NCBI GenBank assembly: GCA_035622435.1
Contig: DASPVJ010000322.1
Location: forward strand, 485 to 32,484
Direction of reading: 5' to 3'
From: Xanthobacteraceae bacterium
GTDB taxonomy: Bacteria > Pseudomonadota > Alphaproteobacteria > Rhizobiales > Xanthobacteraceae
DNA: 32,000 nt
Below are positions 22,897 through 32,000 of the stretch, in pieces. The translations under genes were made by a program, and so were the position numbers. The notes under the pieces are model-generated. The model was given only the letters and a program-made list of their open reading frames with translations. It made no database searches and had not been told where the DNA came from. The first letter of the stretch is position 1. Each line of letters opens with the position of its first letter.

Positions 22897-24957
22897 CTAC
22901 CGCAGCGCCGCCGCAATGTTGCCGCCGTCGACGGTGGTCACGTCGCCGGTGGTTTTGAGCGCCAGCGCCTGGTGCACGAACGCCTGCGCCACGTCGTCGG
23001 CCGTCACTTCGCGGCCGAGCAGGTTGCCGGCCATGTAGTCGTGCTCGCTCAAATTCCGCGCCTTGGCGCGCTGCGCGATCATCTCCGGCGTCAGCAGGCC
23101 CGAGCGGATGCGGTCGGCGTTGACCGCGTTGGCGCGGATGCCCTCGTTGCCGTAGTCGAGCGCGTACTGGCGCACCAAAAAGAGCGTCGCGGCCTTGGGC
23201 AATCCGTACGGGCCGAAATTCGCGCCCGGATTGACCGCCTGTTTCGACACGTTGAACAGAAGAACGCCGCCGGTGCCTTGCGCCAGCATCACCCGCACCG
23301 CGTTCTGGGCGACGCGTTGGTGGGCGAAGAAGTTGAGTTCGAAGCTCTGGCGCAGCACCGCCTCGTCGACTTCGCCGATGCGGCCCTGCCAGGCAGCGCC
23401 GGCATTGGATACGACGATGTCGAGCCCGCCGAACGTTTCGCTCACCGCATCGAAGGCGGCGCGCACCGAACTCCCGTCGGTCACGTTGCAGCGGAGCGCA
23501 AGCGCCGCGCCGCCGATCGCCTTGGCGCGGGCCTGCGCGGCTTCGCCGTCAAGATCGAGCAGCGCGACTTCGGCACCCGCCGCCGCGAACGCGCGCGCGG
23601 TCGCCGCTCCGATGGTGCCGCCGGCGCCGGTGATCACCGCGATCTGCCCGGCCAAGGGTTTCTCCGGTTCCTTGCCGAGTTTCGCCTGTTCGAGCGACCA
23701 GTATTCCACGTCGAACATGTCGGCTTCGGCGATCGATTCGAACCGGCCGATCGCCTCCGCGTCGGTGATGGTCTCGATCGCGGCCTCGGCGAGGTCGGCG
23801 GCGACGCGCGCGTCCTTCTTACTGCGGCCAAGCCCGACAACGCCAAGCCCCGGCACCAGCACGACGCGGGGCAGCGGGTCGAGCATGCGCTTTAGCCCGT
23901 TGCAGCGCGCGTTGTTGCGCGCGAAATACGCTTCATAGGCGTCGACGAAGGCGTGGACCGCCGCAACCGCCGCGCGCTTGAATTCGCCGAGCTTGCCGTC
24001 TTCCGGCGCCGGGACGAGGAGCGGCGAGTTCTTGGTACGGATGGCGTGGTCGGGGGTCACGACGCCCGCCTGGCTGTAGCGTTTGACCTCGGCGCCGTTG
24101 ACGAAATCGAGGACGGCGGGGCTCGAACGGCGTTCGAGCACGAGCCGGCGCCAGGCGCCCTCGACTTTGGGGTCCTTGAGGCTGCAGGCGCCGCGCACGA
24201 TCGGGGCGATCTCGGCGAACGGCGCGCTCTGCTGCGGCAGGCGGATCGCGGCGAATACCGTCCGGCGCCCGCGTTTGAGGCGCGCCTCGGCGAGGCTCAC
24301 CATCTCGATCATGCGCTCGTAGGCGTCGCGCGCGCTTGCTCCGAACGTGAAAATGCCGTGCTTGATCAGGATCAGGCCCTCGACCGCGGGCGCCGCGTCG
24401 TGCACCTGCGCCGACTTTTTGGCGAGCGCGAAGCCCGGCATCAGATACGGCACGACGCCGAGCCGGCCGTCGTAGACCTCGGCGCACAGCTCCGCCCCGT
24501 TCGGCTGGTCGACCAGGCTGAGCACCGCGGTCGAATGGGTGTGATCGACGAACTTCGCCGGCACGAAGGCGTGCAGCAGCGTCTCGACCGACGGATTGGG
24601 CGCCGTCGGGTCGACGAGGTTGGCGCGCTGGACGCGCACCATGTCTTCGTCGGCGAGCGCGTCGAGCGCACGCAGCTTGCGTAACGGCGCCAGCCGAACC
24701 GCCGGCAAGCCGGCCGGCTCGATCGTCGCCATGTCCCAGCCGCTGCCCTTGACGCACAGCACCTCGGCGTCCTCGCCGAGGAGGTCGCGCACGCGCGTCT
24801 TTACCGAAGTGTTGCCGCCGCCGTGCAGCACGAGCTTGGGGTCGCGGCCGAGCAGGCGGGTCGTGTAGACGCGCAGCGCGATGTCGGCGCCGATGCTCCG
24901 TTCGGCATAGCGGTCGACGAGCGCTTGCGCGTCGCGGTCGACCCAGCCGCTCTTCAT
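22897..24957 (-). CDS. bifunctional class II aldolase / short-chain dehydrogenase (rhamnulose-1-phosphate aldolase/alcohol dehydrogenase-like)
   Basis: The N-terminal two thirds are class II aldolase/adducin-like (LHGGGNTSVK, FVDHTHS). The C-terminal SDR has ITGAGGTIGAATA (TGxxxGxG), NAG and YGLPKAA (YxxxK). ATG at 24957; the upstream TTG at 24999 would overlap rne. Confidence 0.9.
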   Translation of the reverse strand: MKSGWVDRDAQALVDRYAERSIGADIALRVYTTRLLGRDPKLVLHGGGNTSVKTRVRDLLGEDAEVLCVKGSGWDMATIEPAGLPAVRLAPLRKLRALDALADEDMVRVQRANLVDPTAPNPSVETLLHAFVPAKFVDHTHSTAVLSLVDQPNGAELCAEVYDGRLGVVPYLMPGFALAKKSAQVHDAAPAVEGLILIKHGIFTFGASARDAYERMIEMVSLAEARLKRGRRTVFAAIRLPQQSAPFAEIAPIVRGACSLKDPKVEGAWRRLVLERRSSPAVLDFVNGAEVKRYSQAGVVTPDHAIRTKNSPLLVPAPEDGKLGEFKRAAVAAVHAFVDAYEAYFARNNARCNGLKRMLDPLPRVVLVPGLGVVGLGRSKKDARVAADLAEAAIETITDAEAIGRFESIAEADMFDVEYWSLEQAKLGKEPEKPLAGQIAVITGAGGTIGAATARAFAAAGAEVALLDLDGEAAQARAKAIGGAALALRCNVTDGSSVRAAFDAVSETFGGLDIVVSNAGAAWQGRIGEVDEAVLRQSFELNFFAHQRVAQNAVRVMLAQGTGGVLLFNVSKQAVNPGANFGPYGLPKAATLFLVRQYALDYGNEGIRANAVNADRIRSGLLTPEMIAQRAKARNLSEHDYMAGNLLGREVTADDVAQAFVHQALALKTTGDVTTVDGGNIAAALR

Positions 24958-24962
24958 TCGTT

Positions 24963-27860
24963 TCAGCCCTTGTCGCCGGCCAGGCGACGCGACCACCAAC
25001 CGCTACGGCGCGGCTGGCTCGACGGCGGAACCTCGGCAGGAGCCGGCGCCGGCGCCGCCGGTTCCGCGGCAGGCTCGGAATGCGGCGCTGGCGGCACCGC
25101 GGCCTCGGCCGGCCGATCGCCGAAGACGAGCGACGCTGGCTCGCGCACGGTGGAACGCCGGCGCGGCGGCTCGGGCGCGTCGGGCGGCGCGTCGGCTTGG
25201 GCCGGCTGCGGATGGGGCTCGTCCGCGCGCGGCTCAGCCATGTCCGAACCGGAACGCGGCTCCGGTCCTGCCGCGGGCATTTCGCCGGCAACCGCCTCGG
25301 GGCGCGCCTGCACCGGCGGCCGGTCGAAGTCGGCGACCGCGCTGTCGAGTTCGGGCTCGAAGGCGGGCGCCGCCTCGAACGGCTCGGCCTCGCGGCCGCG
25401 CCGGCGGCGTCCCCCGCGCCGACCGCGGCGCCGGCGCCGGCGCTCGCCGTCGCCGAAATCTTCGCCCGCGGCCTCGCGCGGATGGCCCTCGTCGTCGTCC
25501 GTGCCGGCCCGGGGCGGCGCGGCGATTTCGCCATGCTCGACCCGCCCGCCCGCATCGTACGGCAGCTCGCCGCCCTCGCGCCGGCCGCGGCGCCGACGCC
25601 GTCGCCGGCGGCGTCCGCCCGGCTCGCCGTGTTCGGACGGCCGCTCGCCGCCATGCACGACCTCCGGCCGCGCTTCCGCCTCGGCCTCCTCGCCCTCGGC
25701 TTCTTCGTCTTCGGCCTCGTCCTCGCCGTCCGCTTCCGCCGCGGCGATGTCCTCCGCCTCTTCCTCCTCCGGCGCCGGCGGCACGGTCGTCGGCTGCACG
25801 GCGATCGCGCGGGCGGCCTCCACGGTGTGCACCTGCTCGCCCTTGTCGATGACGAAGGATTGCTGGCCGCCGATCCCCGCGTCCGCGTTGATGGTGATGG
25901 CGATGCGGAAGCGCTGCTCCAGATCGCGCAGGTGCGCGCGCTTGTGGTTGAGCACGTAGATCGCGACTTCGGCGCGGGTGCGCACGATGAGATTGTGGGT
26001 CGCGCCCTTGATCAGCGTCTCCTCCAGCGAGCGCAGCAATTGCAGCGCCACCGAGGAGACCGAGCGCAAGTGACCGGTGCCGCCGCACGTCGGGCACTTC
26101 TCGGTCGAGCTTTCAAGCACGCCGGTGCGGATGCGCTGGCGCGACATTTCCAACAGGCCGAAATGGGAGATGCGGCCGACCTGGATGCGGGCGCGATCGT
26201 GCTTGAGGCACTCCTTGAGGCGGCGCTCGACCGAACGGTTGTTGCGCTTCTCGTCCATGTCGATGAAGTCGATGACGATCAGGCCGGCGAGGTCGCGTAA
26301 GCGCAGCTGCCGGGCGATTTCCTCGGCCGCCTCCAAGTTGGTCTTGAGCGCGGTGTCCTCGATGTGGTGCTCGCGGGTGGCGCGGCCGGAGTTCACGTCG
26401 ATCGACACCAGCGCCTCGGTCTGGTTGAGCACGACGTAGCCGCCGGAGCGCAGCTGCACGATCGGCGAGAACATGGCGTCGAGCTGGCTCTCGATGCCGT
26501 AGCGGGTGAAGATCGGCTGGGTGTCGCGGTAGGCCTTCACGTTCTTGGCATGGCTCGGCATGAGCATGCGCATGAATTCCTTGGCCTCGTGATGGGCCTC
26601 CTCGCCGGCGACCACCACCTCGTCGATGTCCTTGTTGTAGAGGTCGCGGATCGACCGCTTGATCAGCGAGCCTTCTTCGTAGACCAAGGTCGGAGCGGTC
26701 GACTTGAGGGTGAGATCGCGCACCGTCTCCCACAGCCGGATGAGGTACTCGAAGTCGCGCTTGATCTCCGCCTTGGTGCGGTTGGCGCCGGCGGTGCGCA
26801 AGATCACGCCCATGCCGTCCGGCACCTCCAGATCCTGGGCGACCGACTTGAGGCGCTTGCGGTCCTGGGCGTTGGTGATCTTGCGGCTGATGCCGCCGCC
26901 GCGCGCGGTGTTGGGCATCAGCACCGAGTAGCGACCGGCAAGCGACAGGTAGGTGGTCAGCGCCGCGCCCTTGGTGCCGCGCTCCTCCTTGACCACCTGC
27001 ACCAGCATGATCTGGCGGCGCTTGATCACCTCCTGGATTTTGTACTGCCGGCGCAGCCGCGGCATGCGCTCGGGCACTTCCTCCATGGCGTCCCCGCCGC
27101 CGACCGATTCGACGACCTCTTCATCCTCGCCGTCCACGTCCTCGACGCGGGTTGCTGCCTCGCCGTTGCCGTTGGATGCGGCTTCGCCGTTGCGCGCGGC
27201 CGCAGCTTCGCCGTTGCCGTCATCGGCGGCCGGCTCGGATGACTTGGGGGCCTCGGCCGCTTGCGCCTCGACCGGCTCGGGCGCGGGCGGCGCCTCGCTC
27301 GCGGTCGCGGCGGCATCGGCCTCGGCCGGCGCGGCGGGATGCGTAAGCTCGGCCGGCGGCTCGGGTGCGAGCCACGGCTCGCTTGCCGGCGGCGGTTCGT
27401 CGCCGGCGGCGGGCGGGGCGGCATCGAGATCCGCTGCCGCGGCGGCCGCCTCGCTGATCTCCTCGGTCACCGGCTCGACCGGCGCGTGGCGCACCGCGTC
27501 GTGCCTCGCCGCTGCGCGCCCGCCCTGATGTCGGCCGGCGCGCCGGTCGACCTCGTCCTCGGCGGCGCGATGGGCGCGCTCCTCCTCGGCGATCAGCGCC
27601 TGCCGGTCGGCAACCGGGATCTGGTAGTAGTCGGGATGAATTTCGCTGAACGCCAGGAACCCGTGGCGGTTGCCGCCGTAGTCGACGAACGCCGCCTGCA
27701 GCGACGGCTCGACGCGCGTCACCTTGGCAAGATAGATATTGCCCCTCAGCTGCCGGCGATTGGCCGACTCGAAGTCGAATTCCTCAACGCGATTTCCGCG
27801 CACGACCACCACCCGGGTTTCCTCCGGATGGGTCGCGTCGATGAGCATTTTGTTGGCCAT
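24963..27860 (-). CDS. rne: ribonuclease E
   Basis: MANKMLIDATHPEETRVVVV...GNIYLAKVTRVEPSLQAAFVDYG (S1), the catalytic core (...VSIDVNSG...LAGLIVIDFIDM...CPTCGGTG) and Arg-rich/acidic low-complexity C-terminal scaffold segments. ATG at 27860 follows AGGAAG. Confidence 0.96.
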   Translation of the reverse strand: MANKMLIDATHPEETRVVVVRGNRVEEFDFESANRRQLRGNIYLAKVTRVEPSLQAAFVDYGGNRHGFLAFSEIHPDYYQIPVADRQALIAEEERAHRAAEDEVDRRAGRHQGGRAAARHDAVRHAPVEPVTEEISEAAAAAADLDAAPPAAGDEPPPASEPWLAPEPPAELTHPAAPAEADAAATASEAPPAPEPVEAQAAEAPKSSEPAADDGNGEAAAARNGEAASNGNGEAATRVEDVDGEDEEVVESVGGGDAMEEVPERMPRLRRQYKIQEVIKRRQIMLVQVVKEERGTKGAALTTYLSLAGRYSVLMPNTARGGGISRKITNAQDRKRLKSVAQDLEVPDGMGVILRTAGANRTKAEIKRDFEYLIRLWETVRDLTLKSTAPTLVYEEGSLIKRSIRDLYNKDIDEVVVAGEEAHHEAKEFMRMLMPSHAKNVKAYRDTQPIFTRYGIESQLDAMFSPIVQLRSGGYVVLNQTEALVSIDVNSGRATREHHIEDTALKTNLEAAEEIARQLRLRDLAGLIVIDFIDMDEKRNNRSVERRLKECLKHDRARIQVGRISHFGLLEMSRQRIRTGVLESSTEKCPTCGGTGHLRSVSSVALQLLRSLEETLIKGATHNLIVRTRAEVAIYVLNHKRAHLRDLEQRFRIAITINADAGIGGQQSFVIDKGEQVHTVEAARAIAVQPTTVPPAPEEEEAEDIAAAEADGEDEAEDEEAEGEEAEAEARPEVVHGGERPSEHGEPGGRRRRRRRRRGRREGGELPYDAGGRVEHGEIAAPPRAGTDDDEGHPREAAGEDFGDGERRRRRRGRRGGRRRRGREAEPFEAAPAFEPELDSAVADFDRPPVQARPEAVAGEMPAAGPEPRSGSDMAEPRADEPHPQPAQADAPPDAPEPPRRRSTVREPASLVFGDRPAEAAVPPAPHSEPAAEPAAPAPAPAEVPPSSQPRRSGWWSRRLAGDKG

Positions 27861-28566
27861 TGATGAGTCTTCCTGCGGCGCGCCCGCGGGGCCCCTGGTG
27901 CGGCCGCGAGGGCCGCGCCGGGCAGCGCCCAGGCGTGCGCGCCGAAACGGTGGTGGATGAGATGGATCGGGTGGTCGGAGGCCGAACGGGTCGGACCGGC
28001 GACGATCCCGTCCCCATCGCGCGCCGGCTGCGCGGCGCTGCGGTGCGGACGATCGGTTTCGTGCGCTCGGCCCATGGCCTCTTACCTATGACGGGCGGCA
28101 GCCTGACGCCGCCGCAATTCGTTCTCTGCTTACGGCCGTGAGCGCCTCGCGCCCGCGCCGGCGGAATGACGATCTTCGAATCGCTATCCCGCCCCAGCTT
28201 ATCGTCGGAGCATGAGTATGCTCCAACACGCCGCGCGCACTCCGGTCGTCCTTCAAGGAGGCATCGGCTCCTTTCGCCCTCCCGCCCGCACAGGTTGCGC
28301 CCGGCGAGGGGACGAAGGCCGCCCGCGTCTCCCACTCTCGCGATGATGTCCCGTGGGCGAGGGAAGCGTGGGCGGGCCGGATGCCCGAACGCGGCAGATC
28401 CGGAATGCTGAACCGTCAGCCCGGCCTTCTTACGGCCACGGGCCGGCCTTGGCAAGCAGGCATCATCCGTGCCGCGATACCGGCGATGCGGGTCGGCGCC
28501 GCATCCGGCGGAGATCGCCTCGCCCAAGTCTTAAATCGCGGTTAACCACGCCCGCCTATTGGAGTA
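27861..28566 (-). promoter_or_regulatory. long non-coding spacer upstream of rne, probable rne promoter plus structured 5' leader (also the divergent amidase promoter)
   Basis: A 706-nt gap without credible coding; track ORFs here are Arg/Pro-rich junk. It has many GC-rich inverted repeats, e.g. GGAGCATGAGTATGCTCC at about 28207-28224. The extent of the leader is not determinable from sequence. Confidence 0.4.
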
Positions 28567-29856
28567 ATGAGGGGCGGAGGTGAGGAGAGGGTGAGCATTC
28601 GCGCAACGTGCCTGCTCGCTGCGATCTGCGCCGCTTGGCTTGCCGCCGGCGCCGTGCCCGCGGGCGCGGTCGACCGCGCCGCGCCGCCGCGCCCGCCGTC
28701 TGAGGACTATCCGGTCGCGACCGAAGCGCGGCTCCTGGGCGACGAAACGCGCACCCGATTCGTCGTCGAACTGACCCGCACGGTCGAACTTTCCGCGTTC
28801 ACCCTCGCCGATCCCTACCGGGTCGTCATCGACGTGCCGCAAGTCGTTTTCCGCCTGCCGGCCAAGGCGGGCGAGACCGGTCGCGGCCTCGTCAAGGCCT
28901 TCCGCTTCGGGCTCGTCATGCAGGGCGGCTCGCGCATCGTGCTCGACGTGGCCGGGCCGGTGCGCGTCGACAAGGCTTTCGTGCTCGATCCGGTGGACGA
29001 GCAGCCGGCGCGGCTGGTGATCGATCTCGTCGCCATCGACCGGGACAGCTTTCTGCGCAATCTCGCCATCGAGAATCAGGCCCGCCGGGCAGCGGCGGCG
29101 CCGGCGCGCGAGCGCGAACCGGCCGCGAAAAGCGCCGACCCGCGTCCGCTGGTGGTGATCGATCCGGGACACGGCGGCCTCGACAGCGGCACCGTGGCGC
29201 GGAGCGGGGAGACCGAGAAGACGATCGTGCTCGATTTCGCCCTCAAGCTGCGCGACAGGCTGGAAAAGACCGGCAAATACCGGGTGGCGTTGACGCGCAC
29301 CGACGACCACTTCGTGCCGCTCGCCGAGCGGGTGCGGCTTGCCCGCGCCGGCCAAGCCGCCTTGCTGATCTCGATCCATGCCGATGCGCTGATCCATCGC
29401 GACCCGGAAGGTCACGGCGCGACCGTCTACACGCTTTCGGAAACCGCCTCCGACGAGGAGGCGGCGCGGCTGGCCGACACCGAGAACCGCGCCGACCTGA
29501 TCGCCGGCGTCGACCTGACCGACGAGCCGGGCGACGTGGCGGACATCCTGATCGACCTCGCGCAAAGGGAAACCAAGGCGTTTTCAATGCAGTTCGCCCG
29601 CGCGCTGGTGAACGAGTTCAAGCTCTCCGGGCGCCTGCACAAGCGCCCGCTCAAGTCGGCGGGCTTTCGCGTGCTCAAAGCCCCCGATGTTCCCTCGGTC
29701 CTCATCGAACTCGGCTTCGTCACCAACCCGCAGGACCTCAAGCTTTTGACCTCGGACGCGTGGCGCTCCCGCGCCGCCGACTCGATGGTGCAGGCGGTGC
29801 AGACGTTCTTCACGACCCGGGTGGCCGGGGCGGGTGCGGCGGCCGGCTCGAACTGA
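28567..29856 (+). CDS. amiC: N-acetylmuramoyl-L-alanine amidase (AMIN domain plus Amidase_3, AmiC-type)
   Basis: Signal peptide, an AMIN-like domain (TRFVVELTRTVELSAFTLADPYRVVIDV) and an amidase_3 core (VVIDPGHGGLDSG...LISIHADA...VLIELGFVTNP). An alternative GTG start at 28591 has a better-spaced GGAGG. Confidence 0.9.
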   Translation: MRGGGEERVSIRATCLLAAICAAWLAAGAVPAGAVDRAAPPRPPSEDYPVATEARLLGDETRTRFVVELTRTVELSAFTLADPYRVVIDVPQVVFRLPAKAGETGRGLVKAFRFGLVMQGGSRIVLDVAGPVRVDKAFVLDPVDEQPARLVIDLVAIDRDSFLRNLAIENQARRAAAAPAREREPAAKSADPRPLVVIDPGHGGLDSGTVARSGETEKTIVLDFALKLRDRLEKTGKYRVALTRTDDHFVPLAERVRLARAGQAALLISIHADALIHRDPEGHGATVYTLSETASDEEAARLADTENRADLIAGVDLTDEPGDVADILIDLAQRETKAFSMQFARALVNEFKLSGRLHKRPLKSAGFRVLKAPDVPSVLIELGFVTNPQDLKLLTSDAWRSRAADSMVQAVQTFFTTRVAGAGAAAGSN

Positions 29857-30038
29857 GAGCGCGGCATGGGCGCGCGGCCTCAGTTTGACCATAAAGCGGC
29901 GCGACCACGAGGGCGGAGCGCGCGGCACGGCCGGGGGCCGGCTGCGCGCGCCCAAGCGCGTTCGACTGGCGTAGATTGCGGCGTCGACAACACCGGAATC
30001 GCCGCGGCGGGGACGGCCGCGGGGAGAGGGCGGCTCGG

Positions 30039-32000
30039 ATGAAGCTGTTGTTGCGCTTCCTGGGATTCCTGTTCACCGTCGGCACGATCGTGTTCCTCGT
30101 CGGCATCGCCGCCGCGGCCGGCCTGTTCTGGCATTTTTCCAAGGGCTTGCCGGATTATTCGCAGCTGCAGAATTACGAACCGGCGGTGATGACCCGCATC
30201 CACGCCGCCGACGGGTCGCTGCTCGCCGAATATGCGCGCGAGCGCCGGCTCTATCTGCCGATCCAGGCGATCCCGCCGCTCGTGATCAACGCCTTCATCG
30301 CCGCCGAGGACAAGAACTTCTACGAGCACGGCGGGATCGACGTCTCCGGCATCATGCGCGCCGCCGTGGTGTACGTGCAGAATTTCGGCAGCAACAAACG
30401 GCCGCAGGGCGCCTCCACCATCACCCAGCAGGTGGCGAAGAACTTCCTGTTGACCAACGAGGTGTCGCTCGACCGAAAGGTCAAGGAAGCGCTGCTGGCG
30501 ATGCGCATCGAGCGCACCTATTCCAAGCAGAAGATCCTCGAGCTTTATCTCAACGAAATCTACCTGGGCATGGGCGCTTACGGGGTCGCCGCGGCCTCGC
30601 TGCTCTATTTCGACAAGTCGGTGAACGAACTGACCATCGCGGAAGCCGCGTATCTCGCCGCGCTGCCCAAGGCGCCCAACAACTACCATCCGTTCCGCCA
30701 GCGCGAGCGCGCGATCGAGCGGCGCAACTACGTCATCGAGCGCCTGGTCGAGGACCATTACATCAGCGCCGAGGACGGCGATAAGGCGCGGAAGGAGCCG
30801 CTCAGCGTCACGCCGCGGCCGACCGGCGCTCATATTTTCGCCGCCGAGTACTTCGCCGAGGAAGTCCGCCGCGAAATCAACGAGAAGTACGGGGACACCA
30901 AGCTCTACGAGGGCGGACTCTCCGTGCGCACCACCCTCGATCCCAAGCTGCAGGTGATGGCGCGCAAGGCGCTCGACGACGGCCTGGTGCGCTACGACGA
31001 GGGGCACGGCTGGCGCGGGCCGGTCGCCCAGATCGACCTGTCCGGCGATTGGGGCGCGAAAATCGTCGAGGTCAAGGCGCTTCCCGACATCGCGCCGTGG
31101 CGGCTCGCCGTGGTCCTGGACGTGAGCGATCAGGCGGCGCGCATCGGGCTGCAGCCAACGCGCGAGCCGGGCGGGGCGCTGTCCAAGGAGCGCCAGATCG
31201 GCATCATCCCGCTCGACGGCGTCAAATGGGCGAAGCCCGCCGCCGGCCCCGATCGCTTCAAGCCGGTCGCCAAAGTGACCCAGGTGCTCCACCCCGGCGA
31301 CGTCGTCTACGTGGAGCCGAACGGCAAGGACGCGAATCAATTCCGCCTGCACCAGCTTCCCGAGGTCTCGGGCGCGCTGGTGGCGATGGACCCGTTGACC
31401 GGCCGCGTGCTCGCGCTGGTCGGCGGCTTCTCCTACTACCAGAGCGAATTCGACCGGGCGACCCAGGCGCTGCGCCAGCCCGGCTCCGCGTTCAAGCCGT
31501 TCGTCTACGCCGCTGCCATCGACAACGGCTACACGCCTTCCTCGATCGTGATGGACGCGCCGGTCGAGATCGACCAGGGGCCGGGCCTGCCGCCGTGGCG
31601 GCCGGAAAACTTCGAGAGCGGCAAGTATTTCGGCCCGCAAACCCTGCGCTTCGGGATCGAGCACTCGCGCAACGTCATGACCGTCCGGCTCGCCCAGGAC
31701 ATCGGCATGCCGCTGATCGCCGATTACGCCAAGCGGTTCGGCGTCTACGACGACCTGCCGCCGTATCTCTCGTTCGCGCTCGGTGCCGGGGAAACCACGG
31801 TCCTGCGCATGACCCAGGCCTATTCGATGTTCGCCAACGGCGGGCGCCGCATCTCGGCGACCCTGATCGACCGCATCCAGGACCGCTACGGCAAGACCAT
31901 CTACCGCCACGATGCGCGCGAGTGCCGCGGCTGCGACGCCGACAAATGGACGAACCAGCCGGAGCCGACCCTGGTCGACCGCCGCGAGCAGGTGCTCGAT
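30039..32000 (+). CDS. mrcA: penicillin-binding protein 1A (bifunctional glycosyltransferase/transpeptidase), N-terminal 654 aa; 3' end outside window
   Basis: My own translation, as this ORF is absent from the track because it has no stop in the window. MKLLLRFLGFLFTVGTIVFLVGIAAAAGLF (TM anchor), GT51 motifs AAEDKNFYEHGGID and GASTITQQVAKN, and transpeptidase SAFKPF (SxxK) near 31480. The 676-aa minus-strand track ORF is its antisense shadow. Confidence 0.95.
   Translation, partial: MKLLLRFLGFLFTVGTIVFLVGIAAAAGLFWHFSKGLPDYSQLQNYEPAVMTRIHAADGSLLAEYARERRLYLPIQAIPPLVINAFIAAEDKNFYEHGGIDVSGIMRAAVVYVQNFGSNKRPQGASTITQQVAKNFLLTNEVSLDRKVKEALLAMRIERTYSKQKILELYLNEIYLGMGAYGVAAASLLYFDKSVNELTIAEAAYLAALPKAPNNYHPFRQRERAIERRNYVIERLVEDHYISAEDGDKARKEPLSVTPRPTGAHIFAAEYFAEEVRREINEKYGDTKLYEGGLSVRTTLDPKLQVMARKALDDGLVRYDEGHGWRGPVAQIDLSGDWGAKIVEVKALPDIAPWRLAVVLDVSDQAARIGLQPTREPGGALSKERQIGIIPLDGVKWAKPAAGPDRFKPVAKVTQVLHPGDVVYVEPNGKDANQFRLHQLPEVSGALVAMDPLTGRVLALVGGFSYYQSEFDRATQALRQPGSAFKPFVYAAAIDNGYTPSSIVMDAPVEIDQGPGLPPWRPENFESGKYFGPQTLRFGIEHSRNVMTVRLAQDIGMPLIADYAKRFGVYDDLPPYLSFALGAGETTVLRMTQAYSMFANGGRRISATLIDRIQDRYGKTIYRHDARECRGCDADKWTNQPEPTLVDRREQVLD

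Noticed and set aside
25000-25760. Repetitive Arg-rich and Asp/Glu-rich tracts and NGEAA-like repeats (also 27150-27450) inside rne
   Set aside because: These are low-complexity arginine-rich RNA-binding and acidic scaffold segments, which are normal for RNase E C-terminal and S1-insert regions. They are not independent repeat elements.
27784-28527. 247-aa minus-strand ORF (plus 28166-28411 and 28353-28583 on the plus strand) in the rne upstream region
   Set aside because: The translations are Arg/Pro/Gly-rich with no domain-like segments. The 247-aa ORF's 3' end (27784-27860) overlaps the first codons of rne in another frame. I treat the region as non-coding leader/promoter DNA.
1-32000. 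Search by eye for tRNA, rRNA, tmRNA, riboswitch or CRISPR signatures in all intergenic gaps
   Set aside because: None was recognised. The larger gaps are explained by REP elements, divergent promoters or the rne leader. A covariance-model scan (Infernal/Rfam, tRNAscan-SE) would be needed to exclude small RNAs.

Overview
High-GC (about 65-72% by hand counts of single lines) alphaproteobacterial chromosome, most likely Hyphomicrobiales/Bradyrhizobiaceae-like, judged from gene order and the palindromic REP families present. Most of the window is conserved housekeeping synteny. It runs NDUFA12-like, DUF2155, aat, accC, accB, aroQ, dsbA-like, M48/TPR protease, then a class I aminotransferase, GST, phaZ, two GNAT acetyltransferases, an XRE-cupin regulator, an aldolase/SDR fusion, rne, an AmiC-type amidase and PBP1A. 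The left third holds an MFS permease fragment, a GlsB/YeaQ membrane protein, an orphan HlyD-like lipoprotein followed by an unknown secreted protein, an unknown 236-aa protein and a thiolase/DUF35 pair. The clearest accessory feature is a 2.5-kb low-GC insertion at about 5890-8370. It is bounded by perfect 24-bp inverted repeats and a CCACAAGG direct repeat. It encodes an IS1595-family transposase plus three cargo ORFs: a 2-TM protein translationally coupled to the transposase, a small XRE repressor and a divergent 96-aa ORF, all of unknown function. Other points are a VapBC/FitAB module with an in-frame 24-bp tandem duplication across the antitoxin-stop/toxin-start overlap, an inverted heptamer array filling the whole accC-aat spacer, at least five distinct REP-type palindromic elements in operon spacers, and a roughly 700-nt rne leader. 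No rRNA, tRNA or CRISPR array was recognised. Many long ORFs in the supplied track are antisense or frame-shadow artefacts of the high GC content.
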